DNA of 64,000 nucleotides. Source: Marsupella aquatica (lineage: Eukaryota; Plantae; Marchantiophyta). Position numbers and translations under genes: made by a program. Positions 48,336 through 61,815 of this stretch are shown here, in pieces. The DNA is taken from contig OZ316897.1 in NCBI GenBank assembly GCA_973895155.1, positions 17,404,058-17,468,057 of the forward strand, given 5' to 3'. The notes under the pieces are model-generated. The model was not told the origin of the DNA. It saw only the letters and a program-made list of their open reading frames with translations, and ran no database searches. The first letter of the stretch is position 1. Each line of letters starts with the position of its first letter.

Positions 48336-50429
48336 GTTGGTCCTTCAATTGGTTTGTCAGTGTCCTTGGAGCCAAGTCTTATTCATTAAAATGTGAGCTA
48401 TTTCCTCTCAAAGCTACCTCTGATCAGTGTGTAATACTTCAAAAAACAAAGAAACCTCCATCAGGAAACCCTGAAAATCTGTCGAAACAGATGGTTTTGC
48501 TAATTCAGTATGACGAGGATAAGTAAAACAAAATGAATAAAAACATTATCTCGGACCTAGAAATGGACAAGCAAATAACATTCCGGTAATAGGTAGAGAG
48601 AGTGGGAGGAAATTATCATTTAATCAAAGAAGCGCAAAAAGCACTATTCTCTAAAATAGTGAATGTTTTTAACTGTCTACCGAGGTTCAATAAGGGCACC
48701 TCGGTATTGGAGGAAGCACCCAATGAACTCAAAATTAAAGATGTGTGAATGCATCTAACTTGGTCCAAACTTAGATTATGGAAACTGCCCTCTCAATTGT
48801 CACTCTGAAATTTCGTGACAAGGAAGGGGAAGAGACCTGGCCTTTTCGTGACTATATTTATTGTAAGATTTGGCTTCATTCAAATTTTGTAATGACATAC
48901 AATTAGTTGTAGTTGTTCATCCTTAAGTTAAGATTTGAATTAAGCTTAGTTGCTAACAATGCCACTCACTGGAAGAATTCCAGCCCAGGGTCCTCAATTA
49001 CTTTTTCCCAACCAGTCAAACTCAAATAGATATAAAGTATTGGTTTTAGGGGAATACTTACCGGTTTTGTAAAAAATTGATAAGGGTTTGAAAATCAAAC
49101 TTTTTGGCATTGCAAAAATATAGAATCTAAAGCCCGGGGTGAACAGAGACATCTGCCCATCCCCATGAACTGCATAAAGCAATCTCTGCTTTACATGACT
49201 GAAAAAGAAAAAGGAACAGGCGGATCGCGCGAATGGCAGTTAACTACTTGACTACCTTTTGGAGAAAATAGTAAAAACTTCAAAACATGTTTTCTTAAAA
49301 AGGACTCTGTTTAGTGTAATGTTAAACATATGGCTTAGTTAACAGCGTTGCTTGGAGAAGAATGCTTCTTTGTCTTGAAGTTAAAATCTTAATTCAATTG
49401 AAGGAAGCAAAGTGCATCAAAGCGTGATCAAAAACATTTGCCACACTCCATTGCTCAATATCATGGATCTGAGGCCGCAGCTGGAGTTAATTGTCAAGTC
49501 GTCGCGAACTGACGTAGCACAGTTTAGGAATGTGCATGATGTCTACAACTTACTTTACAGGGACATGAAAGTTGTAACTATTGGGACATGAACTACATAG
49601 ATTCAATGAACGAACGAAACACGTGCCGTATGAATTCATGGATTGAATCGATAGTTTAAAATTCGGAGCCAATTCTTATTGAAAGTAGGCAGCAACAAGA
49701 GGGCCAAACATAGCAACATCAAATTATTAGCTTGAATTCCAAACTTTTGGCGGGCTCGCCGATCATGTTTCGGACAAGTCCGACCGACAGGTTTGAAGCA
49801 AGAGAATTTGTTCTTTGTTGATTGAAATTTTGAGGACTTGCAGTGGGAGCGATGGAGTTGGAGGCGGAGGGTCCAGTCTACAATCCAGAAAGCGATTCGA
49901 TAGTCCAACTACAACCCACAAAGCATTCAACAGTCCAACTGCAATCGAGAAAGGAACAAAACAGCAGCACGGGCCCGTTGTAATGCCAATGACGTCACTG
50001 CTATGACATATTAGACATGTTTCCACTCACGGCCCCGATGACTTCCTGGAATGCGAGATATCCTTAAACAGAAATTTCTGTTAAGAACCCTGGAATGCGA
50101 GATATCCTTGAACAGATTTTCTGTTAAGAACCACTCTCAGAACTTTAGAGTGCAGTAGACATAATCCACCCTGTAGTGCTAGTTTGCATTGAATTTTGTT
50201 GTAGACCTCAACTTTCTTGAGTGGAATCTACAAGGCCAGTCAATTTTCTCTCCAAGTACGTAGTAAACTTATCGATTGTACCGTCCTTCCTCATATATGG
50301 CTGAGATCCCATCTTCTTCCCAGGCCGTTTCCAAAGTGCTTCCTCTACATCCTCAATCAACTTTAAATCCTATGGCTGCAGTCTCAAATCGAAACTTGTC
50401 TCAACTTGTTCTGGCCGTCTTATAAATAA

Positions 50430-51590
50430 TTAGATGGAATCAACTCATCTACAGTGAAGATCTTATACATCAGCCGCCTCATTTCTGGTCGTCCTTAGAC
50501 TACATCGCCAAGACCATGAATAGCATGTTGCACACTTGTAGTCGCAAAGTTGCGCAGGCGACGGTTTCTCTCAAATTGATCTATACGTTCTTCACCGTAT
50601 ATGATGTGTTGATGCAATTATTTCTCTCTCAAGGTTCGTCCGCATATCCGATTTAAGACTTCAGAGGAAAGTACCTGCAAGCCACCTGCTTTTCGTGTCC
50701 TTTCAGCCCCTCCAATTCTTCATTGTGAAACAAAATCCGGTCCAATGAAGCCTGTTCGAACCAGTATGGGAGCAACTTCTTGCTAGTCAAATTAAAACTC
50801 TATCCCTCATTGTTCCTACTCTCTCTCCCTGGGATAATTCTGTAGAAAGAGCTCACAGAGTGCAAGCCCTGTTACAAACTGCCCCAAAAACCAGAGGCGC
50901 GAATGCCCTATTCCTACCCATTTAGTTTTACCACGACGAGTGAACTGATAATTGAATGCAAGGAAAAGAAGGAATCTAAAATGGCTGACAGAACTATCTT
51001 CCCGAGGCTCTAGAACTTCAAGGTCGTAACCTAAAGCATTCTTCGCCTCGAGGAGATATTCGTCCATCCATTGCTCGTCGTCTTTCGTCAGCCTTTTCAC
51101 GGGGAGACACGAGCTCAACAAAGGGAAGGAATTCAGCTGCAATTGCGGCCTCTGAAGGAACCGCTCCGCCAATTTCTGGTCACTCAGCGGCGGCTTCAGG
51201 ATCAGCTGCCGCAGAGTAGGCTTCTTCTTTTCCTCATGTTGCTTTGGGAGGGAAGGAGGCGACGCGATACTGTCCTCCGCCACAGGATCTGAGAGCGTCG
51301 ACAGACTGCACACATAACTCCCCTTTCGAACTCAGCGTCGATCAAAGTAACCCACACCTTGGAGTCCAGGAAGACCTTGCTGCTCTGCGTGGGGGCACCA
51401 CCCTCGACCTCAGAACCACCACCGTCCTGATTGGAAGCCGCCCGCGCGGTCCTTCGCCTGCTCCTGTCCACATTCCTCACCGCACCTATGAGGATACCAC
51501 CACCACACTCGACCCCGACTCGTCCTCTTCTTTTTGCTCTTAATTTTGATGATAGTTGGCATCCTCTCCCATTGAAGACTAAGCATTGTC
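50430..51590 (-). pseudogene. RNC1: Chloroplast RNase III-domain splicing factor RNC1 pseudogene
   Basis: PPLSDQKLAERFLQRPQLQLNSFPLLSSCLP...WMDEYLLEAKNALGY...GHSRLWFLGQF...FLQNYPRE, then frameshifts (AG slippage, 1-nt loss). The C-terminal LNRICGRTLREK*LHQHIIYGEE..FERNRRLRNFATTSVQHAIHGL...RRLMY lies directly next to the N-half (middle missing) and contains stops. Confidence 0.85.
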
Positions 51591-54500
51591 ATGACGATCC
51601 ACAACTACTTGTTTCTGCGTACATGGAAGACCTTCACTTGTCTAAACATGGCATTCCGTGGTGCTGCTACGTTACGCCACTTTAACATTACACTCCCCAC
51701 AAATTCACTCTCTCAATTTTCTCAAGATTCTGCGGAAGCTAAACTCAATATCGCCCACCTTCACCAATCTTGATTGTCGGAGCGTAGAGTTCTGCTTACG
51801 GTAAAGAGACCAACAAATTGCCTGACTACTCTTCCTCTACATACCCATAAGAGTATGAGAAGATATAGGATCCCCAACCCGCTGGTGGACGGAGCTCGTG
51901 GGTGTGCCATGAGATTGTCGACAACTACTGTACTGTAGCTGAGGAGCTTCTTGTTGCCAAGAATGGAAAAGATGTGGAACCCATTTTGGGCTTCGGCCAA
52001 AGGCAGCAGCAGCGACTGTAGGCAGACACAGGTCGGTGTGTGTTAATTTTTTACGCCCAGGTGGGCATGAGAGTCGGAGAAAGTTGTGTGAACAGCAGCA
52101 GCTGAAGCCCGAGCTGAAGTTTTTGACGCCCTGAACTGATGCTGCTAGACAGCTGCGGCCTAATCACGAAAGACGATACAGTTTTAACAACCGGCCTTTG
52201 TGACAGACACAAGCTCTCTTGAAGCCCAGTAATAAGCAAACCGCCTGCAGTTGTAAACAAATCTCAATACTCAATTTGGTCCCCACCAAACATACAGTAC
52301 CCTTTTTCTCCCTTCGAACATCCCCATTCAATTCATACATCCTCTTCAATCAAGTTGCATGGCCATAAATCAGGACTTACTCATTCAGAAAAAGGATTTC
52401 TCCTTAGTAAACATCTACTGTGGTGCCCAACGAAGGACGATACCGAGTGCTGATAACCGGCTGTTTCAACACAAGTTCTCCAATCCCGGTAAGCAAAATG
52501 TGAGCCTGTTTAAACGAGAAAATACTGATATATTAGCTAGTCTAATAGTGTATACATTTTCAAAGTCCAAAACATGAAATCTGGTTTAATTAATTATTGG
52601 ATTAGTTATAAATTTGAAAGTTTCAAGTTTTTGCACAGGACATGTGCAAACCTGATCATCCCTAGGGTAGAGAGGTTGTTGTTGACCTGACAGTAAGGGT
52701 GACCACTCAGGCCATTACTCCATTCGAGAGTGAGAGTGACTGACCATTGACCACACTATTGGGTTATACTGTATGAACTGGCCCAGTCCAATTTAACCAT
52801 GATCAAGTTGTCGTGTCATCACCTGAGATTCCAGTACAGTATGGTACACTACCCTGTACCAACAATATAATTCCAGAACGGTGTCACATAAGTGACAGCT
52901 AAGATCACTCCAAAGTTGGGACTCAGCACTGTCGCCATGGGCTAACCACAACAAAAATTCTAGTGTTCGACTTCTAGTGTCATGACTTTTATCTCTTCCT
53001 GAGAGGTAAATTGAAATCTCAGCTTTTTTCTTTTCCCATTCTACTTTTTGCCATTGCAATTACTGGAATTTCCATTAGTGAGTTAAATGGCTCCTAGAGT
53101 CGGTCACTTTGTTTTTCCCTGGCACCGTTTTGAAACACTATGGCCAAGAAAATGTTGAATACTTAACAGCTAGTGAATGAAGTAAATGATCTCACAAGAT
53201 GTTATTCAAAAAACAACATCATCACCATCCTTGGCGTTGCCCCCTTGCTGACTCTTTCTTTTTTCGCGTTGAAATTTTGTTGACCGTTTCTCTGATCAGT
53301 TCTCTCGCTAAAGATCGGTATCAGCTGTCATGTCAATGTCACTACTTCCGTATGGTTGCATCCAAAATAATGATTCAGTTGAGCATAACAACCAACCAAC
53401 CCTGCCAAATGCCAAACAGCTGCAATAATCATTCTGGAAAGTCCAACTTGCACTCATGAGTTTCCAGTGTTGTATGGAAAGAAAGAAAGAAAAGAAAGCT
53501 TAGTCCAGATCATAATGCATTGGTTCCTCTGCAATGGACCATGATAGACACCTACAACCCTATTTTTGAGGTGCATCACAATTATCATCTAGTGGAGTGC
53601 ACGTTACAAGTCCACAGAATAATAATAAAAAGGAAGTAATTGGCTGTAAACAACAAGTATGGATTTAGCTGCTCTTGAGACCCAAAAGAGAACATGTTTC
53701 TACAAAGAAAATGTAATATTTGAGTTCATCTGAGTTGTTTGTCAAAACACTGTGGTCTATCATTGCAATCTTTTCTAATGACAATCTGGCGCTTTACAGT
53801 ATGCAATCAAATTGCTTTACCAACATTTTGAACCAGAACTCCAGAGGGTCAAGTCAAAGTAAATCGAAGGTTTTGTTATGTACAATCCATATCGTTGACG
53901 AGGAACCTGACTTTGGGCAGGATTGTGGATAGAGATTATTGATTCCAGACCAATCATTTCATCAGTTCATGATTTTTTACTTTCCTTTTCTATTCATTTG
54001 CTTTAGTCGTGATAATGTTTAAGTCAGAGATGGAATCGTTGAATTCTCGGAAGTTGGATTGACACACGATTGCTTGAGTAGTCAGACCTACTCTGTCTAT
54101 CTACTGTTCGTATATATGTGTGAAGACAAAAAGTTGAATTTCATGACAAAAAATAAAATTAGACCTTGTGATACTGACTGTTTCTGTCAAGGCAAATATA
54201 TCATTCTGACAAGCTTGCTCCTTGATGCCCCTCCGGAAAGATATGATATTGAATGCCAGCTTTGTATTATTAAGAGACTATTAAAAGAATTGCTCAAACA
54301 TAGTCCTTAATATGCCGACACATCCTTGCTACCAAACTACACTAAAAAGGTGTCGTGCTTCCATGTCTTTAAGTTTTTGCACTATGGATACATGCATAGA
54401 GAAACCACTTAACAACAATCCCCAAGAGAAGTTCATGTCCATGTCCCTAGTTATGAGAAAAGAGAGCAGGTAATTAAGCCATTTAGTGAGCCTCATTGAC

Positions 54501-55227
54501 AGGTTGAACATGCTTTTAGAGACTAAAGAAATTCCAACTTGTGGCAATGCTATTGTAACTATGTTTAAGGAATATTTCTTCCTCATTCTCTATTTTTTAA
54601 AGGGGGAACTGCATTTGAGAGAATAGTGCAACTGGCTTTGAAGACAAGGGAAACCCCGTTATCTGTTTGTATTTTTGAGTTTGTAAGCATTTTTTAGATT
54701 TGTTTAGGGAACCATTGCATAGCTTGTTTGAGAGGCTTTCCAGTTCTCTTTCCTTTTGTCATTTGCCTACTCCAACGTCTAAATGTTGTCACAATGTTAT
54801 TAATATGATTATTGTGTCATCTATCGTCACATCAATTTGAAGTTGGAGTTCTGGAGGACATTGTGAGATAGTCAGTATGGGTATTAGAGCAATGTTAGAC
54901 ATGCACCCCGACTGCGTTGTACTTCAATGGATGTCTCTAATGTTTTCAATATAGTCTCATTTGCAGCCATAATATGTTCATTGAGGTATAGATTTACACA
55001 TCCAATCTCTTATCTTGTTTTTTCCCAAGTATTTTTACTCATTGGAGACCCACTTCTTATACAGTCATTGCATCCTTAGAGGAAGTAAACCTCTAATTCT
55101 TCTACAAAAGGTACATGTTAGTGGGATCCTTTGGGTGGCCCTCTGTTCTTCATGAACACTATCATGACAAACCAAACATAAAGTGTGTTTAGGATTTTGG
55201 AAAAATCACTGAAAGTTACCTCAATTT

Positions 55228-55571
55228 TTTTGAGCATAGAAGACATTCGCAACACCAAGCCCATGAACCATCCAACGCACAAGAGTCGACACAGAGAGAT
55301 ACGTGGTTCACCTCCACATGAGGCTATGTCCACGGGAACACACAAGAGTTTTATTGCACTCTAGGCCGACCGACCATACCAAACATCCACAGCACAAGCT
55401 CTCCCTATCTCTCAACTAGCTCCGTAACAATGAGCCTAAGTTCCACCAGGGCCTGGCATCAGCCCTGGCTTAATACACAACAGCACTACCGCTAACATTA
55501 GCTAAATCGTAACCCGAGTTAGCCTAGCTGTAGTTAGCTCATGAGTCACAAGACTAGAGCAATATCTAACA
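55228..55571 (-). mobile_element. Solo LTR, 344 bp, 5-bp TSD AATTT
   Basis: Homologous to 38401-38744. AATTT at 55223-55227 and 55572-55576. No PBS or internal sequence adjacent. Confidence 0.92.
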
Positions 55572-58546
55572 AATTTCAAATACACACATCCGTTGATAAA
55601 GTTTTTGTGGACCCATGATATGGGATAGTAACACATTTCAAAAGTATTTCCAACCCCTAACTTTTGGAATGTTCCAGGAATATTCTCAGGTTTTTGTTTT
55701 CAAACACCCTGTAATAGGTGAGGACCCCGGGTACATTGTATCACATTTTGGATTCAAAGCACAATTTGAAAAACAAAACCTCATGGACTGGTTTCAGCCA
55801 TCAATGGATTAGAAAAGTTGAACCGGGATAAAACTTTAACCATAGGTGAAATACTCTACTACGTAGAAGCGGGCGTAGAAGCTGCCATCTCCAAATAGAG
55901 TAGTTTTACTTGACCCATTCAAATACTTCATCTTCATGAACAATAGGCAATCCACTCCCTCCTTTTTAGACCATAGAAATGTACTAAAGTTGGATTCCAA
56001 AAGTGCATATAGGAATGGAAATATGCCCAAATCTACCCTGTGTTTGGAATGGGCAAGCTATGTCTATAGTGCTTTGATTGCCTGTACAACAATTAAAAAA
56101 AAACGAAATGCAATGACTGTAACTGTTGTACCTTAAGTATCCTAGCTGAAAACATTCAAAAGCTGGCAAAGGCATTTCTTCAAGAATTTCCCACGGCCCA
56201 GATACAAAAACCTTGTATAAAATGTGACACTAACAAAAGGAACTTGCATCAAGAACATACGTTCAAAGCGCCCTTCAAGAGCATCAAAATTAGAGCCTAA
56301 GAAATGACCATCCTAACAAATATCTTGCAACATGCCAAGGTACAATGGAGGCAACGTCCCTCTACATGACAGTCCTTGCTGAGACTTGATATAAGTGAGA
56401 TGAGAGGTGGTGGTTGTTTCCTGGTCCTGTGCTATATAGATTGCACATTGATCTACCATGGTACATCAAGATGGTAGACGTATTGTGGCTGAAGTTGTAG
56501 TAGCAACCCTTTGCATAAGGGCATCATCAGGATAATGGCGTCACAAGCATGGGTAGGAACAACATGAGCAGTAACGGCAAAAGAAGACAATTATGCAACA
56601 CGAGATCCCTTTCTCACCCTAGCTAGTGAGATATTTGAGAGATGTCATTTTGTACTTTGTTTTCCCTTATAATAAATTGTGTTTTGTTCATCCCTTATAA
56701 TAAATTGATCATTACTCTCTCCAAGTGGGTCCCTTTTGTAATAAATTGGTCATTTACTCGCTCGGAAGTAGTTTCAGAAAGTTGAATGAGACAACGTTTT
56801 GGTCCACCAAAGTGGCTTTGAACAAAAGTTCACGCCTAGACCATGCACAATTTTACACCTGTACCTTTCCTTTAGTTACCTTCCAAAACATTATTTCCAT
56901 AGGGCGACTAGGTACGAAATAATTCTGTATTGTTTTCTCAAGATTCTATATTGAAATCAAATAGATTCAAGAGTGTATGTATGAGTTACCAAAATTTGAT
57001 AATCAACAAAGGAAGGATTCCGGTGGAACCTGAGAGCTTCTTTGGCAAAGGAACTTGTCAGATTAGCTCCTGTCGTCAAAGGATGTGCCTAATAGCGGGA
57101 AGGAAAGGAATGCTCGTGCAGACATGACCCTACATTTGGTATAATTTCCAACTGGAGCCGAATTTTCTGCATCTGCTCAATTCTCATCATCATTGAAAAA
57201 CACTCCCAAGCTTATTACCTTCCACCTGTTTTAAAGTACATGTAGATCTGACCAAAAATTCACCGACGGTGACTAGCCATTTCATCTACTGGCAGGAGGG
57301 GAGTGATATCATCGAGCTCGGGAAGATCTCATTGAAAAAGGCTCAGAACCTAGAAAACATCCAGGAAAGAGAGTCGAAAATCATGTGCAGAGCTAGATGA
57401 CAGGAACGAGACAGCAAAGTCCAGTTCATTTGCGAGTTTGAGAATATATCTGATCTCTACATAATTCAGAGTGGTCCTATGAACCCTGGAATCTACCCCA
57501 AGCAACTAGATAAATCCAAAACACAAAATAGGTAACAACGAATTGTAACACTCACTGACGGATTGTATCATGGCTAGTCTGGTCTCTAAAGGGACAGGAG
57601 CCCTAGTAGGTTGGGAAGGGTTTTCTCAAAGTTGTCCAAGTGAAAAACAGCGGAAGTTACCTCTCAACATCTATCGTCACGCTCAAAAACAAGCTACGAT
57701 AGACGGACAACCAGACTTAGTTTTGGCATGCAGTCAACACTTTCTGCGCCCAAGAACAGATGATGGAATATGATGGCAGATGCATGTAAGTATTCAGCAC
57801 CATGGGCCATCCAAGAAACACGGCATGTGCACTTTGAAACCATTCGCATTATTTCAATAATCGTAGAACAATTCTAAAAGAGTATCCATTTGAATAGCAC
57901 TTCCAGGAGAGCTATACCAACCGAAGTAACGTTCAGAAGTGCACGCCATGTTTTGGATTCCAATAATGTACACGAGTGCCAGATGTACAACTATGATACA
58001 GACACTATGAGCTTTGAAGTAGGCACAAAATAAATGGGAACCTAAACTGCCCTGCTCCACTTATAGAGCGGATTGTGGAGCAAAAGGACTGGAGTACTTG
58101 CACTGGACATCAAGTGTTTTTCTTGATTCTGGCTTATAGAATCTTCCTATGAATGGTAGAAGCAGTCACAGAGGGTCTGACCGGCCCATGAATAAGGTCT
58201 TGAAAGGATGCGCAGACAGTTTTTTTCGTATACCAGGTCGGTCTGAGAATTAAATGGTCCCCAATGCTTCTCCATATACGAGTCCCTGAAAAGTGCGGAG
58301 AAGACAACACCTTCGCGAAGCGAGGGGAAAAATAGTGGGTGAAAGTATCCTGACCTGGTTAAGAGATGATGCTGTCCAGGAAGGCCAAAATCCGTGAAAC
58401 GCTCTTTGTCCAAGCATTTAATTCCAAGACGATAGAATCTTTACCATCGCAGCAGCCATTTACGATACCGAGTAGAATCTCTAGCGTCCAAACGTTTGAT
58501 AAGAGTATGTCAAAAGTCTGCCCTTGCAACCATTTACATCACCGAC

Positions 58547-60719
58547 CTAGTAAGCCAACTCTGAACCCCTCAAAGAACAGTGCTTCTTGATCCAAATCGC
58601 AATCTCTTCTGCACATGCCTCCGCCTGCCTGGTGTTAACAAGAATGTCCAAGGTAGCGAACTCATGCACTGCATCCGTATACTCTACCACTGTGGCTTCC
58701 ACGTGGGCTTTTCTAAGAGCCTCAGTGTAAGCTATTGCTCTGTCCTTCATCCAATCCAGCTCTGCTACCACCGTAAGAGTTGGAGGCATCTGCTTTGTGG
58801 GAAAGTCTTCATCCACAACAAGAGGATTCGCAGCTGGATGGTCCTCAACAGAATCACTTGGTAAGAATAGCTTCCACGCAAGTAGGCAAGAAGCTTTATC
58901 GAAGAAGTAAGAGTTGGACAGCTTTATTTCTGATGGAGTAGGCACCTTCCCAAAGAAAAACGGGTACATAAGAGCTTGGCCTATCAATTTGAGAGGATCC
59001 AGTGAACTACGCCCTCTTACATATCGGCGTGCAACATGGTCGGCAATATTACCCCCGTTGCTGACTCCAAGCAGAACGCACCTGCAAAGAAAATCGGGCT
59101 AAAACTCGTCAGGAAAAATAGGCAACTCCTCTAAGATAATTCCAGTTCCAGAGTAGCTTTTCGTCAACTTGTGACGGGAAATAAGCACTATTAATCCGTC
59201 CTCGGTATCAGATATTCATAGAGTTGCAACGAGGAAAGTTGAGGTCTCTCATGATCTGTAACCAATGCAAGACTACGAGACCTCTGCTTTGCGAAAGAGA
59301 ACTAAATGGCTATCCTGTGGACAATTCAAAAGGAGGACAAAGTGTCATGGGTTAATCATCCCTAAAATTTACAAGCTGTAGACATCTTCACGCGAAGCGG
59401 TCCAATGTAAAGAGATAAAGGCAAGGCTCCAAAGAACAGCAAGCACTTTTGAGCCTGTTGCCAATCAGACCCCAGTTCCGGGTGGTAAAGACAATTGCAA
59501 TCGCAACATCGAGTACATGCAAAGGTTTATCAATTTCGTCGTACGATAAGCGGGTTTGATCCCCACAAAAACCTCCTCGCCAAAACGGTTGCAATTTCCG
59601 GCAGTTAAAACACTTTCGGCTGTAGTAGTATCCTGGAGAGACTGGAATGCCAATCCCGAGACAACCGAGAATCGAATAAGACTGGAAATGAAAACGTCCG
59701 AGACCATTGAGATGATTGGAGAAACCGCCGAAAGGAGATTAGTATTGTCACTTATCCTTCCCCTCTGCTCCGAGTTAAGGATGTAAGGTCAGAGAGAAGA
59801 GAGGGAAGAGCATTAAACATGATTCTTCACTAAGTCTTCATCACGGATGGTTGGTGTGGAAAGAGATAGTAAAATACCGGGAAGGATCTCCATGAGCAGC
59901 GAGCCAGGGCTCCACAACATTGTCCCCGAACGAATCAACCAACTCTCGGTACATCTCCGAGCCCTTGTAGAGGTAGCCAGAAGGAACATGTTCGAGAGAT
60001 TTGTTGCACTCGGCGAGATTCGCCTGTGTCGCAAGCCACCTCAAAGCTTCGAAGCCATCGTCAAATGCTGCTGGATACTTGTGCTCGGGGGCCAACCTGT
60101 AACCCACGGCGATTACTATGGAATTGCAAAGCTTGGCCATTCTCCTGCAAAACAAGTCGTTCGACGGAGAATCCTTACTGCCTATAACGAACCCACCTCC
60201 GTGAAATTGTAACACAATCGGGAGCTTCTTATGACTCCTCACTGAGTTGGCAGGCAAATAGCCCTGATAACCAGGCGGAATGGTTTCAGCTGACTTCTGA
60301 TCTGCAACCCATCCTCCTCCAGATGTAGGTTTCCTAGCCACGCCTCCTCCACTCCTCGCCTCCTCTCTTCGGTGATTCTGTCCTCTGTTCTCCTCCGTTT
60401 CCCATTCCTTCTCGAGGACCGAATCATGGCCCCGGACGAAGCCTAAAACGTCCGCTGCGGTGACCTGCGCGATTTGATCTCGCGGGAGAACAGTTTGGGG
60501 GAGAAAGATGCGAAGAGAAAGGGAAGTGAAGGGGTCAATGTTGATATCTTTCGTTGCCACTCCGTCCACAAAGGATGCATTGGCTGGTACTCCCGTCGAA
60601 TTTGCCCGTGACGTAACGCCATGTCCATCTTTGTTGCCCGAGACACCGGTCTGGTGCATACGACGTCTCAGTAACAATTTGAAGAACACACTGTACAACT
60701 TTACGCCGATGCTGGGCAT
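58547..60719 (-). CDS. Carboxylesterase CXE11/CXE16-like alpha/beta-hydrolase; exons 60719-59878 and 59081-58547 (458 aa)
   Basis: MPSIGVKLYSVFFK, QFHGGGF, YRLAPEH.YPAAFDD, EPWLAAHGDPSR|CVLLGVSNGGNIA (GxSxG), ELDWM, VHEFATLD. Phase-2 GT-AG intron joins in frame. Confidence 0.93.
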
Positions 60720-61190
60720 CTCCACTCGTTCGGTGGTCCCCTGTCTGCCAAACACTCGACTCCGCTTCAGATCGATAATAATTGCTCACAAGAAAGTTGG
60801 AGAGGGAAAGAGAGAGAGAAAACGAGAGAAGATAATCATTCGATCATCTCCACTCATTCGGCGGCCCCCTGTCTGCCAAACACTCGACTCCGCTTCCGAT
60901 CGGTAAGAATTGCTCACAAAAAAGTTGGAGAGAGAAAGAGACGGAAAGAGAGAGAGAAATCGAGAGAAGACAATCAATCGATCATCTCCACCCGTTCGGT
61001 GGTCCCCTGTCTGCCTAACACTCCACTTCGCTTCGGATCGATGATAATTGCTCACAAGAAAGTCGGAGAGGGAGAGCGAGGGAGAAAACGAGAGAAGATA
61101 ATCAAATCACTGGTCATCTCCACCCGTTCGGTGGTCCCGTCTGCCAAACACTCCACTCCGCTTCAGATCGACAATAATTGCTCAAAAGAA
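60717..61190 (-). repeat. Four ~130-bp tandem copies of the carboxylesterase 5' leader/start-codon region
   Basis: CATCTCCAC(T/C)C(G/A)TTCGG...CTGCC(A/T)AACACTC...GCTCAC units start at ~60717, 60845, 60983, 61115. Confidence 0.9.
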
Positions 61191-61627
61191 GGGCAGAGAG
61201 AGAGGCACAAAGAGAGGCAGAGAGAGAGAGAATGAGAGAAGACGATCAATAGAGACGGACTGGTCAAACGGAGTGGGCGGAGAGGAGAGGAGAGGAGAGG
61301 AGAAGGGAAGGAAGGAGGGGAGTAAGTTGCAGCGATGGCGGAGAGCGCGTGAGTGGAACGATGGCGAGACGAGGTCGGGTGGTGGTCCAGCAGACGCACG
61401 CTGTTTTGAACGAGGAAGGCGGAAGCGGGCGGAAGCTGAGGAAGGAAGGTGCGCAACACCGAGACTGAGTCTACGGGCTGTGTTCCATTCGCCCCTGTTT
61501 GGCTATTTGAGGCCCACCCCCTTTTGCGACCCCCTCCAGCATTGTTGGAGCGAATCTCGGGCTTATGTCATTTTGGGGTCACCCTCAATAAGTGTCCCAA
61601 CGGGAAGGCAGCCGGCACCTTCCTCTT

Positions 61628-61815
61628 CCCAGTTCCGCCCCCCTTTGAGACTGGTGGGGGCGGTTGCAGGGAAAACCCCCCAGTTCTGCCCCCCTTTTGA
61701 CTCATGGGGGCGGTTGCAGGAAAATCCCCAATTTCGCCCCCATTTCGACTGATGGGGGCGGTTGCAGGGAACATCCTCAGTTCTGCCCCCATTTCGACTG
61801 ATGAGGGCGGTTGCT
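61628..61815. repeat. ~50-bp GC-rich tandem repeat (GCCCCC...GGGGGCGGTTGCAGG), 4 copies
   Basis: Direct inspection; each unit can fold back on itself. Confidence 0.85.

Noticed and set aside
50045-50132. ~44-bp direct duplication
   Set aside because: Simple local tandem duplication with no further structure.
58547-60719. GID1 gibberellin receptor
   Set aside because: Retains the GxSxG serine, Asp and catalytic His and has the CXE11/16-type N-terminus; it is a carboxylesterase.
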